This document shows positions 46,201 to 57,215 of a DNA stretch of 64,000 bases, one piece after another. Under the pieces are notes generated by a model that was not told where the DNA came from, searched no databases, and worked only from the letters and a program-made list of their open reading frames with translations. This DNA comes from an uncultured Methanosarcinaceae archaeon (GTDB taxonomy: Archaea > Halobacteriota > Methanosarcinia > Methanosarcinales > Methanosarcinaceae). A program made the translations under genes and the position numbers. The DNA is taken from NCBI GenBank assembly GCA_963733675.1, contig CAVTET010000001.1, positions 192,001-256,000 of the forward strand, written 5' to 3'. How positions within the stretch are numbered: position 1 is the stretch's first letter; every line of letters begins with the position of its first letter.

Positions 46201-46757
46201 TCTAGAAGCTTCCAATTTTGAGATACCCATTTTTGGAAGTGTTCCTTTTTCTGATTCTAATTCATTTGGATCGATCAAAATACCAAAAAGTGGATACGAT
46301 TCCAAAATCCAGTGAATTCACTATTTTCTTTTAACTGATCTTGACTTCACTATAAATTAATTTAATCACTTTGCTAATTTCATCTTATAAAGGAACTACA
46401 AAACTATTTTTTACGTCCTCATTCCTATTGTATTTTTAAAAATGAAATAAACTATCTTTAGGACAGGTTATATCCCACCTAATATCGAGCCTTAATCAAG
46501 GAAAATAGAAACCTTTACTGACTTTTTTCGATACATAGTTTTTGCGATAAAAAACCTATGTATTTCTCAGTTTGCAGGTGCAGTGTGTCAATTTTTCTGT
46601 AAAATCATAAATCTGAAGAAATTATTGGGTAGAAAATTCTACATAGAAAGGACAAAATAACAAACAGTATTCAAAAATTTGACCCAGAATTTACAGAACT
46701 TGCGGTACACGGCTAGCCAAATACAAAAATAACTTAATTTATTGTACGATTTTTTTT

Positions 46758-47160
46758 CACTTGGGATGCTCTATGAGCCAGACCGGGTTTCCATATAGAT
46801 CTACAATACGCGCCTGGAGACCTAAAGGCGCCTTTCTCGGTTCCATTATGATCATTACACTGTTCGATTTTAGTTCATCACACGTCTTCTTACAATCATC
46901 GACTTTAAACATCAAGCCGAGGGTTTTACCTATAGTCCAGCCTGCAGCTTTGATGCGGCTTCACCATTCATTTCAGCGTTTGGCACATTGAGAATTATTT
47001 CAGTACCCTGGTCTTTTGGAGCGATGGACAAAAAACGTCATCCTGATGTCGGGTTAACAAATGTGATTTTTACAAATCTAAGTTAATTTGTATAAAGTCA
47101 AGATCCTCATCATAATCTTTGACAAATAGCATAACATGTGTTATGTTTCGATAATCTACA
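46758..47160 (-). pseudogene. VOC/glyoxalase family pseudogene
   Basis: ITHVMLFVKDYDE..., FKVDDCKKTCDELKS...DLYGNPVWLIE with frameshifts. Confidence 0.7.
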
Positions 47161-47649
47161 CACCTAAATGCAGATTGTTTAAATTCACAAATTATTTGAT
47201 TATTCGTTATTATTTTAACTCTGCGATTCATTTGACAGTATACCAAAAGTTCTGTGAAATATGATTGGTTCTAAATTCCTTTTTTTCGCAACAAAAAAGA
47301 ATTCAGAGTTAAGTGTTATTCTGGCAAATTTTTTTCTTTCTTTTTTTACTTATGAATAAATTTGTTGTGTCTAAAACCTATGTTTTTTTATTTTTCAGCC
47401 AAAATTATATTACATTTTTACCTGATTATGAAGGATATATATTGTTTTTATTAAAATACGCGTTCTATTAAAAAACCAAAAAATTGCTATATTTATCTTG
47501 CAAGGGACAAAAATAAATGAAAATTAAGTAACTATTTAACCTACAAAGCGGATTCATTTAATTTATTTAAAGCAGTTCCTTTATTGAACCAAACTAATGA
47601 ATTATTCGGGCCAATTTCAGTTGCTTTGTCATAAAGGTTATTGGTTTTG

Positions 47650-48777
47650 TCATATGTCTCTATTGGCTTTGTCAAAGGCTTCTAGTGCTTCATTTGGTCT
47701 ATTTAATTTAGTTAGAGCAAGTCCTTTATTGTACCAAGCATTTGAATGCTGCGGATCAATTTCAATTGCTGTGTCATATGCTTTTATTGCTTCATCGAAC
47801 TTGCCTAATTTCCCTAAAGCAACTCCTTTATTGTTCCAAGCTGCTGAATACTGCGGGTTAATTTCAATTGCTTTATCATATGCTTTTATTGCTTCACCAT
47901 GCTTACCTAAATCAACTAAAACGCTCCCTTTATTGTACCAAGAATCTGAATCATTTGGGTTAATTTCAATTGCTTTGTCATATGCTTTTATTGCTTCATC
48001 AGATTTGCCTAATTTCGCTAGAGTTGTTCCTTTATTTTCCCAAGCGTTTGAATCTAGCGGGTTAATCTTAATTGCCTCGTCATATGTTTTTATTGCTTCA
48101 TCTAACTGATTTAATTTATGTAGAGCAAGTCCTTTATTGTACCAAGCATCTGAATCCTGAGGATTAATTTCAATTGCTTTGTCATAGGCTGTTATTGCTT
48201 CATCGGATTTATTTAGTTTATATAGTGCACGTCCTTTATTGTACCAAGCTGCTGAATACTGTGGGTTAACTTCAATTGCTTTGTCAAATGCTTTTATTGC
48301 TTCGTCGAATTCATTTAGATCATCTAGAGCAAGTCCTTTATTGTTCCAAGCCATTGAATATTGTGGATTAATTTCAATTGCTTTGTCATATGCCTTTTTT
48401 GCCTCATCGGATTTATTTAAATTATCAAAAGCAATTCCTTTATTGTACCAAACATCTGAATCATTTGGGTTAATTTCAATTGCTTTTTCATAAGCTTTTA
48501 GTGCTTCATTGAACTTGCCTAATTTCCCTAAAGCAACTCCTTTATTGTACCAAGCATCTGAATCATTTGGATTAATTTCAATAGCTTTTTCATAGGCTTT
48601 TATTGCTTCATCGGATTTATTTAAATGATCGAGAGCAACTCCTTTATTGTACCAAGCATCTGAATCATTTGGGCTAATTTCAATTGCTTTTTCATAGGCT
48701 TTTATTGCTTCATCGAATTTACTTAATCTACCTAGAGAATCCCCTTTATTTGTCATGCTTTTCTCCATACTTTCCAA
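47650..48777 (-). CDS. Tetratricopeptide-repeat protein (possibly the 3' part of a frameshifted longer gene)
   Basis: About 11 tandem 34-aa TPR units. Confidence 0.88.
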   Translation of the reverse strand: MESMEKSMTNKGDSLGRLSKFDEAIKAYEKAIEISPNDSDAWYNKGVALDHLNKSDEAIKAYEKAIEINPNDSDAWYNKGVALGKLGKFNEALKAYEKAIEINPNDSDVWYNKGIAFDNLNKSDEAKKAYDKAIEINPQYSMAWNNKGLALDDLNEFDEAIKAFDKAIEVNPQYSAAWYNKGRALYKLNKSDEAITAYDKAIEINPQDSDAWYNKGLALHKLNQLDEAIKTYDEAIKINPLDSNAWENKGTTLAKLGKSDEAIKAYDKAIEINPNDSDSWYNKGSVLVDLGKHGEAIKAYDKAIEINPQYSAAWNNKGVALGKLGKFDEAIKAYDTAIEIDPQHSNAWYNKGLALTKLNRPNEALEAFDKANRDI

Positions 48778-50475
48778 TTTTCATTTGCATTGATATCGTT
48801 GTTTGTTTTCAGTTCATTAATTGTCAAGAATCCATCTTGCAAGTGATAAGGCGAATAATTTTCTGAAAACGTTTCACTGAAGCATTTTGATATTCTTTAC
48901 AAATTTATCCACTCTGTGGACGATATAGTGATTACCTTTAAATCGTATATATATTGTATTATATTATTGGGATTTCTTGAAATGGACAATTCGAAATTAT
49001 CGAATATGCAATTTAGCTCCTTTTGTGGGATCTTAGAGAATATATTCTCGGTCATAGATCCTGCAATTCTACTCAAAGCTGTCAATGCATCATATGGAAA
49101 AGGTATCCAAGCTAAACTTATCAGTTCTCTCTATACGTAGAGTAGGATTCATCAGTTTTGTAAATTCCCACAGCTCGAATATCAGATTCGCAAATGAATT
49201 TTCGACAATGAGATATATCCGAATCTTTGTTTTTGGTAATCATAGGACCGGATCTAATTAAATTTGAACTATTCGACTTTTAATATCTGAAGGCTTTTCA
49301 TTTGTTTGTTCTCTTGGAAGAAAATATTGTGGGATAAGGAAGTTTTTCAGGTAAATTATTATTTATAAGATAATGGTTATCTGCCTGAAAATGTAGAATG
49401 CAAAGAAATGAATCGAAGAAGTAGCCATTTTTTGAAAAATGATCCATGAGTGAACTATATAACTATATTCATTTAAATACATCTACAATTATTTGCTTTT
49501 CAAATTAGTGGTGCTTATCCAACTTATACAGTATTTGCGCTAAATTTTGATATTTTGATCAAAAATGAATCAATGTGTAAGGAACCCACAAATGTTGTGA
49601 CTATAATTACACAACTTGATTAATTTATAACAAAAGTTTAATATGTTCCAATGAACCAAATTAGATTGATGAATACTTCCCATCAAATGCAACGATTTTA
49701 GGGTCTTTCTAATCGATAACATTGGTAAACGAGTTGAAATACGTGATAAGTAAACATAAATTGTATTCAATAGCCTTAGTTACAATAAGGTTAATTTTTA
49801 TGCTGAGGATATACAGATTCTGCGCAATATACATATATTACTAACTCTGGAAGCAAAATATCTCTAGTTTAAATAAGTCTGATGAAACAATACTAATTGA
49901 TATACTGAAGATTTGATATCAGAAAACGCTCAGATAGTAATGGAACAATAATCAAAAAAAGATTAAGAGGTATAAAGTTTTGTAAAATATGATTGACTAT
50001 GTATCCTTTTTCATTCAGCTCAAAAAACAGGGTTTATTGTTTATTGATGCATAGGTTTTTTAAGGTAAAACATATATATTTACTCTACGTTGACTTCTCA
50101 TCACCATTTCTTTTGCACTTTTAACCCTTAACTTTCACAAGTTTAAAAATATAATAGAAACACAGAATCTGTTGATTTTAAACAAACTACTTCTTTTTCA
50201 ATCTAATTTTCTTTATAGTTTTGTGCTGTGTGTTGTATATCCATTACAAATAGTCTCTGCTTACTTAATTTGATTACTTAAAGCATTAATTGTATCACTT
50301 GCTGTATCAATAGGTGTCCACTCGTTTGGTTGAATACTCCATCCTTGTACATTTCAAACTGAGAATTTTAAGAAATTCATCGATTGAGTTATCGGGTTGG
50401 TTACAAATGTTACTCCACATCCATAGGGTTGGACTCTAAATACTTGGATTATAACTCCAAATCTGCAAATTTAAT

Positions 50476-50742
50476 TCAACATCCACGACTTGTGACTATA
50501 CAGTTACAGTTTGAGTATCCATGTCCATAGTTTGAAAATCCATATCTAAAATTTGGATCGCCACAGCCACATGTTTGATCTCCATATCCACATGTTTGAT
50601 CTCCACAGCCACATATTTGTTCTCCACAACCACAGGTTTTGTCATCATGGTTACATGGCTTTGCGTCTACGATATTCACAAGCATTAAAATCATAGCTGT
50701 TGAAACTAAGGCTATTTTATATAACTTATGTTTACTTATCAT
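50476..50742 (-). CDS. Small signal-peptide protein with Cys-rich heptad repeats
   Basis: Leader KHKLYKIALVSTAMILMLVNIVDA followed by (CGCGDQT)-type repeats encoded by 21-bp DNA repeats; purine-rich RBS-like sequence upstream. Confidence 0.7.
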   Translation of the reverse strand: MISKHKLYKIALVSTAMILMLVNIVDAKPCNHDDKTCGCGEQICGCGDQTCGYGDQTCGCGDPNFRYGFSNYGHGYSNCNCIVTSRGC

Positions 50743-51397
50743 GTATTTTCTCCCTTTTAGATATGTTTTACCATATTTACTCCTGGAAAATTTAGATATA
50801 TTTCCCCTAAATAAATGAGGAAATAAATTGTTCTAAAAGTATATTGATTATTATATATATAGTCAAATATGTATCTAGATTAGAGATATGTCTTCTACAG
50901 TATCATATATAGGTATAAATATATAAAGGAAATCGAATTTATTCTTCTGAATATAAATACCGAGGAAATATACAAATACATGGCAAAATTAGAATATAAT
51001 AAATATATATATTTTATAATATCTGCTAATACTTAGAGATTATATTTAAGCACAAAATAACTCGATTTAGTCCTATTTTGTAATAGTTATTTATTTTGTA
51101 GACTTATAACTTTATTTGAATAGGATTTTCAAATTTAAGTCTCTCTACTTTTCCATATAGACTCAACCTTGTAGCACTGAAAAGTATTAACTCCTGAGGA
51201 CCTATAACTCTCTGATCTCGTGGGGCTATACTGATCATAAAGTGCATCTGGAGTGGTTTTAGCAAAAGCTTATGTTTTGTATTGAAATCTAAGCATTTTT
51301 TCTAATATTGGGAAGTTAATCCTGAAAGCATTAACTACTTAATAATTGACGATTGATCTTTAAACTAAGTATTGTATTAACAGGCCGCCACTTTTCG

Positions 51398-51549
51398 GAT
51401 TCTGTTGCAAAAAATCTGACTTTTTAAAAAAAATCAGTGAAAAGCATCACAATTAGGAAAGTTAATTACTCTTCATTCAGGCGAAAATGACACATAAAGG
51501 TGAAAATTATAGTGTCAAATTGCAGAAATATTATTTTTGCAACGGAACC
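51398..51549. mobile_element. IS6-derived MITE (~150 bp)
   Basis: Ends GATTCTGTTGCAAAAA ... TTTTTGCAACGGAACC match the IS6 IRs at 35730/36583; no coding capacity. Confidence 0.75.
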
Positions 51550-51776
51550 TTCAAAAGTCATGCAAATTATAAAAAGTACTATAGCAAGATAAATCTTTAA
51601 ACAATACCCTGAAATCAAAAAACAGCTTTAGGGTGGTGAACTGTGGAGTGATGGAGGTTACATTGGAACTATAGAAGATGGAACAACTTCAGATGTTATC
51701 AAAAACTATGTTGAAAATCAGGGAAACAGGGAAGAAAAAGAAGCATATCAGCAAATGAAAATACTCGATTTTTAAT
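51550..51776 (+). mobile_element. IS200/IS605 TnpA C-terminal remnant
   Basis: MQIIKSTIAR*IFKQYPEIKKQL*GGELWSDGGYIGT...VIKNYVENQG. Confidence 0.85.
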
Positions 51777-52146
51777 AGCCATTACAACCAGAGCGGTGGC
51801 GCGACTTTGATTTGATTTTGTTTATATTTTAGTATTGCTCAACCATACATTCTCAATTAGCTGTAACTGTCTTTAAAATTAAAGATTAATGAACGAGGAG
51901 AGAAAAAATAAGTTAAAATAAAGAAATTAGTGGAAAAGATTTGGATAAGATTCCAGCGGGAAAAAATCCGAGGTAACTCGAAATCTTCTGTAAAATATCT
52001 CTGTAAAAGATATTATTTATGATCTAATGCTATTTATGTAATTAATAAATTTGCAACGTGTAATTCGGCATTTTTATTGAGATAGAGCTGAAGCTAGGGC
52101 TGAAGTTGGAACAGTCGTGTAAAAGCTACTTAAGGTATTAAGAGTA

Positions 52147-52482
52147 TTAAAGGGTATTAGGGTAGCTAGGGTAATTAGGGTAGCTAGGGTAATTAGGGTA
52201 GCTAGGATAACTAGGGTAATTAGGGTAGCTAGGGTAATTAGGGTAATTAGGGTAGCTAGGATAACTAGGGTAATTAGGGTAGCTAGGATAACTAGGATAA
52301 TTAGGGTAGCTAGGGTAATTAGGGTAGTAAGAGTATCCATAGGGATAACCATAATTCCAACCCCCCCCATATCCCAAGCCACCACGTGAACTAGCTACCA
52401 CTGCTGTCAACGATACTACAAAAAGGACTGCCAGCAAAATAGCTAACACCTTTTCCATTCTACCAGATAGTTGTTTCAACAT
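52147..52482 (-). CDS. Small signal-peptide protein with Tyr-Pro-(Asn/Ser) repeats
   Basis: Leader EKVLAILLAVLFVVSLTAVVAS, Gly/Tyr linker, 19 YP[NS] units encoded by a 9-bp tandem repeat; GGAGTG upstream. Confidence 0.72.
   Translation of the reverse strand: MLKQLSGRMEKVLAILLAVLFVVSLTAVVASSRGGLGYGGGWNYGYPYGYSYYPNYPSYPNYPSYPSYPNYPSYPSYPNYPNYPSYPNYPSYPSYPNYPSYPNYPSYPNTL
52155..52326. repeat. 9-bp tandem repeat
   Basis: Units agggtagct / agggtaatt / aggataact / aggataatt. Confidence 0.95.
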
Positions 52483-52669
52483 TTATTTCACTCCATTTTT
52501 ATTAGGGATTCGCACAATTTTTAAGATTAATTGTATAAACATCAGGTTATAATTAAACCAATATATAGTTTACTAATATATATACTAATTAATGTTATAA
52601 TTAAGATATAAAACATTTACATAACCTTCTATACATTGAATGTTTCAGAGTTTAAATTCGTTAACAACA

Positions 52670-52772
52670 ATTTTTACTTATGAAAACTCTTACTGATTTT
52701 GCTCTTGAAGAAGAATACAAATGTCTTCAGTCAGTTGGAGACAAAGTTGTTAAAATTGATTCTTTAATTGAG
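52670..52772 (+). mobile_element. IS5-family transposase 5' remnant
   Basis: MKTLTDFALEEEYKCLQSVGDKVVKIDSLIE; homologous to 6990-7170. Confidence 0.55.
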
Positions 52773-52829
52773 TAGAACTCAAGTAAATTACCGAACAGTA
52801 GAACACTGAATCGACAAGTACACTAACAT

Positions 52830-53385
52830 AATGAAAGCTTATGTAGGTAACCTGAAGTCACATGTCAATCAAAAGTAAGGAGCTAACGAAGTTTATGTAA
52901 AGATCAAAGGTGACATGAAATACTTTTAGCTTTATGGATGATGAAACTTGATACTGGATTGCTCAGAGAGTTGTAGTCAGTAAGCAAAAACAAGATGCAG
53001 GAAAAATATCCCACAAAGGCGGCGAGATTACAGGACAGGCACCAGAGACTCTAATCACTGATAGCCAGCCAATTTATCAGGATGCATTCAATAGAGAGTT
53101 TTACACAAATACGAAGCCCCAGTCTCAATACATCCTATGAAGTTAATAGGGCATGAAAATACTGCAAACAATAATAACATGTAAAGAATTAATGGAGAGA
53201 TCAGAGATAGAGACAACACAACGAGGAGATTGAAGATTAAGGGAACTTCTATTCTTAAAGTTATGCAGCTATGTCACTAAAGTATAAGACCACATGAAGA
53301 ATTGGAAGGAAAGATACCCGCTGAAGCTTGTGAGATTGAGTTGAAATGTGAAATAAGTGCTAACCCTTATACAGAATTTGAGTAT
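52830..53385 (+). mobile_element. IS6/IS240-like DDE transposase remnant (archaeal long type)
   Basis: ANEVYVKIKGDMKY..MDDET*YWIAQ...ETLITD...AFNREF...RINGEIRDR...RPHEELEGKIPAEA. Confidence 0.75.
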
Positions 53386-54541
53386 GCAGGCAAAAACCAC
53401 TTAATAATTTATTTTATCATTTCTTCTTTTTTAGTGCGTATCTAAAATTAACCAGAGATTACTAGTATTAAACTAAATTAAAAATTACTGCTTTTAGTTT
53501 TTCCCTCACTTCCATTGGCTTCAATAAATTATCGATTTATGTTTCAGACATTTCTAAAGGCTCTCCTCTATCCGGAATTTTAAAGATATGAGGTTTGCCA
53601 CCAACATAAATGTTTATATTGCATCTCTCTATCAACTGTAAAACGAATGCGCATAAACTAACCACTTATCTATAGTTATGTCTGAATAATACGCAGCTTT
53701 TAAGAACAAGAGCGCATGAAATCGGTCATTCCCTATTATCTCAAAAGTCTTCCTTTCTTCATCAATTCATGTATTGAATATACGGACTAAATTAGCATGA
53801 TTTGTAGGCATTTTAATGCAATATAAAACCTCAAAATTAGTGTCTATTCACTTGAGATATTATTTTTTCAGCTCTGCATCAGAATTTTCTAAAAAAAGTG
53901 CAAAATCTTCCCAATTTTTGTTTTTGTCTCCATTGATTAAATAATTATTTATATTGGATATAGAGATTTATCCATTAAACTAGTCGCTCCAGAATATCAC
54001 AACTATAAAATGAGGTAATGAATAAATTATTTTCTTTTCTTCCGACTATTTAGTACCTCTGATTACTCTTCTATTGCCTTCTAACACAACACCATCTTTG
54101 CATAGGATACAAATTATTAATGTCATTAGATGGTCAGTTAAGTAATTATTTGATTTTATCATTTCTTTATAATTTCACTGGGTTTAAAATCATTCAAATT
54201 ATGTTTTAACACCATAAATTCAAAATTATTTTGATATTTTAAAAGTCATCACACCTACCATATGCCTTGCAGTTTCTCAGCAAAATCCCCCGAGTTTTTG
54301 CATCCCTATTTCTAAGAGAGTATCCCCCTAGACTCCACAGAACCGATGCACATAATCTTTATGTACTAGAAATGTTATTCAGAACATACCAATTCCGACT
54401 GATCACTTGATTTTTAATTCATCATTTCTAAGCTTAATGTTTTCGAATAGACACTATAGAAATGTTCGAACGTGATAGGGAGTTTTTCCCGCGTGAGTAA
54501 GGTTTATAATACAAATTACAAATCTTGCGGAGGAACATACA

Positions 54542-54922
54542 TTGGGTAAAAAATCGCTGATAAAACTTACGAGAAAAACAAATCCAAAAATCGTTTCCCT
54601 TATTCTTAACCTGAAAGATAGGGCAAATATAGATGATGCGCCAATCTGGAAGGATATCGCGAAACGTCTTGAGATACCGTCTAGGAATTATCCAGCTGTG
54701 AACATAAGTAAAATCAACAGGCATACTGCAAATTATGACGTTCTGCTTATCCCAGGAAAAGTTCTGGGCGCTGGTCTCATTGATCACCCTGTAACTGTTT
54801 CGGCTGTAACCTTCAGTGGATCAGCAATTAAAAAAATCACTGAAGCCGGTGGCAAATGTCTGAGTCTCGAAGAGATTATGGAAGCAAATCCAAAAGGGTC
54901 CAGTATTAGGATTTTTTGTTGA
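54542..54922 (+). CDS. rpl18e: 50S ribosomal protein L18e
   Basis: [30 protein letters not shown]. Confidence 0.96.
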   Translation: MGKKSLIKLTRKTNPKIVSLILNLKDRANIDDAPIWKDIAKRLEIPSRNYPAVNISKINRHTANYDVLLIPGKVLGAGLIDHPVTVSAVTFSGSAIKKITEAGGKCLSLEEIMEANPKGSSIRIFC

Positions 54923-54934
54923 GAGGTTTAGAAG

Positions 54935-55357
54935 ATGAAGGTTATCGATGCAAAAGGGCTTATTTTGGGACGTCTGGCAAGTAAAGTTGCAAAGCAACTA
55001 CTTTTGGAAGACAAAAAAATATATGTTGTGAATGCCGAAAAAGCTGTAATTTCTGGCTCAAAGGCAACCACCCTTAAAGAATACATGGAAACTCTGAAAA
55101 GGGGTGCTACAGAGTTTGGGCCCTATTTCCCCAAGCGTCCAGATCGCATTCTGAAGAGAACTATTCGTGGAATGTTGCCTTATAAGAGAGCTAGAGGCAG
55201 GGATGCAATGTCCAGGCTCAAAGTCTATGTAGGTGTTCCCTACGAACTCAAGAGCGCTGAACTGAACACCATTGAAGATGCCGATATGAGGCTTCTGAGT
55301 TCTAATAAATATATCGAACTTGGTGAAGTGAGCCAGAAAATGGGTTCAAAATTCTAA
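54935..55357 (+). CDS. rpl13: 50S ribosomal protein L13
   Basis: [30 protein letters not shown]. Confidence 0.97.
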   Translation: MKVIDAKGLILGRLASKVAKQLLLEDKKIYVVNAEKAVISGSKATTLKEYMETLKRGATEFGPYFPKRPDRILKRTIRGMLPYKRARGRDAMSRLKVYVGVPYELKSAELNTIEDADMRLLSSNKYIELGEVSQKMGSKF

Positions 55358-55370
55358 AAGGTGAGTCCTC

Positions 55371-55775
55371 ATGGTCAAAGTAGTTAATTCATCTGGAAAG
55401 CATAAGACCGCAACTGCACGTGCAACAGTCACGAAGGGAAATGGGAGGATCAGGATCAATAAAATTCCACTCGAGTTATACACCCCAGAGATTGCAATGA
55501 TGAAGATCTCCGAACCTTTGATGATCGCAGGAAATGAGATTGTTTCAGGGATTGACATCAATGTAGATGTTCGAGGCGGTGGAATTGTTGGGCAAGCTAA
55601 TGCGGTGAGAACAGCTGTTGCTAGGGGTATCGTGGAATGGACAAATGATACAATTGTCAGAGACAACTTCGCAAATTATGACCGAAGTTTACTTGTGAGC
55701 GATTCCAGGCAAAAAGAATCAAAGAATTTTGGTGGACCTGGAGCAAGGGCTAAATATCAGAAATCTTACAGGTAG
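55371..55775 (+). CDS. rps9: 30S ribosomal protein S9
   Basis: [32 protein letters not shown]. Confidence 0.97.
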   Translation: MVKVVNSSGKHKTATARATVTKGNGRIRINKIPLELYTPEIAMMKISEPLMIAGNEIVSGIDINVDVRGGGIVGQANAVRTAVARGIVEWTNDTIVRDNFANYDRSLLVSDSRQKESKNFGGPGARAKYQKSYR

Positions 55776-55779
55776 AACT

Positions 55780-55968
55780 ATGATTCCAGTCAGATGTTTC
55801 TCATGTGGGAAAGTAATCTCTAACTATTGGGATGAGTACAAAAGACGCGTCAACGATGGAGAAGAAGGGGCCTTAGTACTGGATGATCTAGGGATCACAC
55901 GCTACTGCTGTCGCAGAATGATCTTAAGCCACGTCGAACTTGTTGATGTGCTTTCACCATACCAGTAA
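55780..55968 (+). CDS. rpoN: RNA polymerase subunit N (Rpo10)
   Basis: [11 protein letters not shown]...RYCCRRM. Confidence 0.97.
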   Translation: MIPVRCFSCGKVISNYWDEYKRRVNDGEEGALVLDDLGITRYCCRRMILSHVELVDVLSPYQ

Positions 55969-56043
55969 GGGACCGTAGGGTAGCTTGGTCCATCCTTCGG
56001 CGTTCGGGACGCCGGAACCTGAGTTCGAATCTCAGCGGTCTCA
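55969..56043 (+). tRNA. tRNA-Pro(CGG)
   Basis: GGGACCGTAGGGTAGCTTGG...CGGCG-TTCGGGA-CGCCG...CTGAGTTCGAATCTCAGCGGTCTCA. Confidence 0.96.
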
Positions 56044-56155
56044 TTTCCCTGTTTAAAGGGTACTGGTTTTCAGTCATGTATATGCTAAAATCAAATATGT
56101 CATACTTTTAGATTAGTGAACTTCATCTGTGCATTTTGAGTTCCAGGGTGATCAG

Positions 56156-56338
56156 TTGGTCAAGGAAATATATACTAGGTTCGAACGTGCGCGTATTGTA
56201 GGTGCAAGAGCGTTGCAAATTGCAATGGGAGCTCCTGTCCTTATTGAAGACGATGGACGGCTGGATCCTCTGAATATTGCTATTGAAGAATTGAAAGCCG
56301 GAGTTATTCCTATTACAGTCAAGCGTAAAATCAATTGA
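56156..56338 (+). CDS. rpoK: RNA polymerase subunit K (Rpo6)
   Basis: [22 protein letters not shown]. Confidence 0.96.
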   Translation: MVKEIYTRFERARIVGARALQIAMGAPVLIEDDGRLDPLNIAIEELKAGVIPITVKRKIN

Positions 56339-56402
56339 AAATTATGTGGAATTCTTTTTAATATATTGGATATTTTTTTATTCTATTTTATGAGGTGACT
56401 TT

Positions 56403-57143
56403 ATGGAGGAAATTGAGGAAATAGTGCAGGAGGAAAAAGAAGCACAGGATTCTCCTGAAAAAAATATTGTGACTGAAGCAAAACCTGCACCTGAAAGGGA
56501 AGCCATCGCAAAAACCAGATCTACACCTGTAGAATCTGACAACGAAGCTTCTGCTAAAGAGGGGAGTACATCCCTTGTGGCCATTGATGAATACCTGGCA
56601 GCAGGTGTCCACATCGGAACCCAGCAGAAGACTCAGGATATGATGCGCTTCGTATACAGGGTCAGAACCGACGGTTTATATGTGCTTGATATCCAGTCAA
56701 CAGATGAAAGAATCAAAGTTGCATCAAAATTGCTATCTCATTACGATCTATCAAGAATTCTTGTTGTTTCTTCAAGACAGTACGGTCAATATCCTGCGAG
56801 GATGTTTTCTAGGGCTCTTGCTACCAGGGCAATGCTTGGAAGATTCATTCCTGGTTCTCTTACAAATCCACAAATCTATGGCTTTTTTGAGCCCGAAGTT
56901 GTGATTGTGACAGATCCTGCAGGAGATGCCCAGGTTCTGAAGGAAGCTTCAAGTATTGGAGTACCTGTTATAGCACTTTGCGACACTAACAATCTGATTT
57001 CAAACGTGGATCTTGTAATCCCAACGAACAATAAAGGTCGAAAAGCTCTTTCCCTTGTTTACTGGTTGCTTGCAAGGGAAGTCTCCAGGCTCAATGGTAC
57101 TCCTTTCAATTACGAGTTGACTGACTTTGAAACTCCTCTCTGA
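56403..57143 (+). CDS. rps2: 30S ribosomal protein S2
   Basis: [34 protein letters not shown]. Confidence 0.97.
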   Translation: MEEIEEIVQEEKEAQDSPEKNIVTEAKPAPEREAIAKTRSTPVESDNEASAKEGSTSLVAIDEYLAAGVHIGTQQKTQDMMRFVYRVRTDGLYVLDIQSTDERIKVASKLLSHYDLSRILVVSSRQYGQYPARMFSRALATRAMLGRFIPGSLTNPQIYGFFEPEVVIVTDPAGDAQVLKEASSIGVPVIALCDTNNLISNVDLVIPTNNKGRKALSLVYWLLAREVSRLNGTPFNYELTDFETPL

Positions 57144-57215
57144 TACCAAAAGACACACCTGCATACTTGCAAGGATATATAAAAAAACGATCCATATCTA
57201 ATATGGTGATTTTAA

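Noticed and set aside
30287-48777. TPR 102-bp repeats as a CRISPR array or diversity-generating retroelement
   Set aside because: The repeats are contiguous and protein-coding, with no spacers, no reverse transcriptase and no evident adenine-specific variation.
52074-52385. Alternative-frame ORF (TLATLI repeats)
   Set aside because: It is a by-product of the 9-bp repeat; the frame carrying the signal peptide and RBS is 52147-52482.
56403-56570. Acidic N-terminal extension on ribosomal protein S2
   Set aside because: It is a low-complexity extension of a kind common in this lineage, with no sign of a separate domain.
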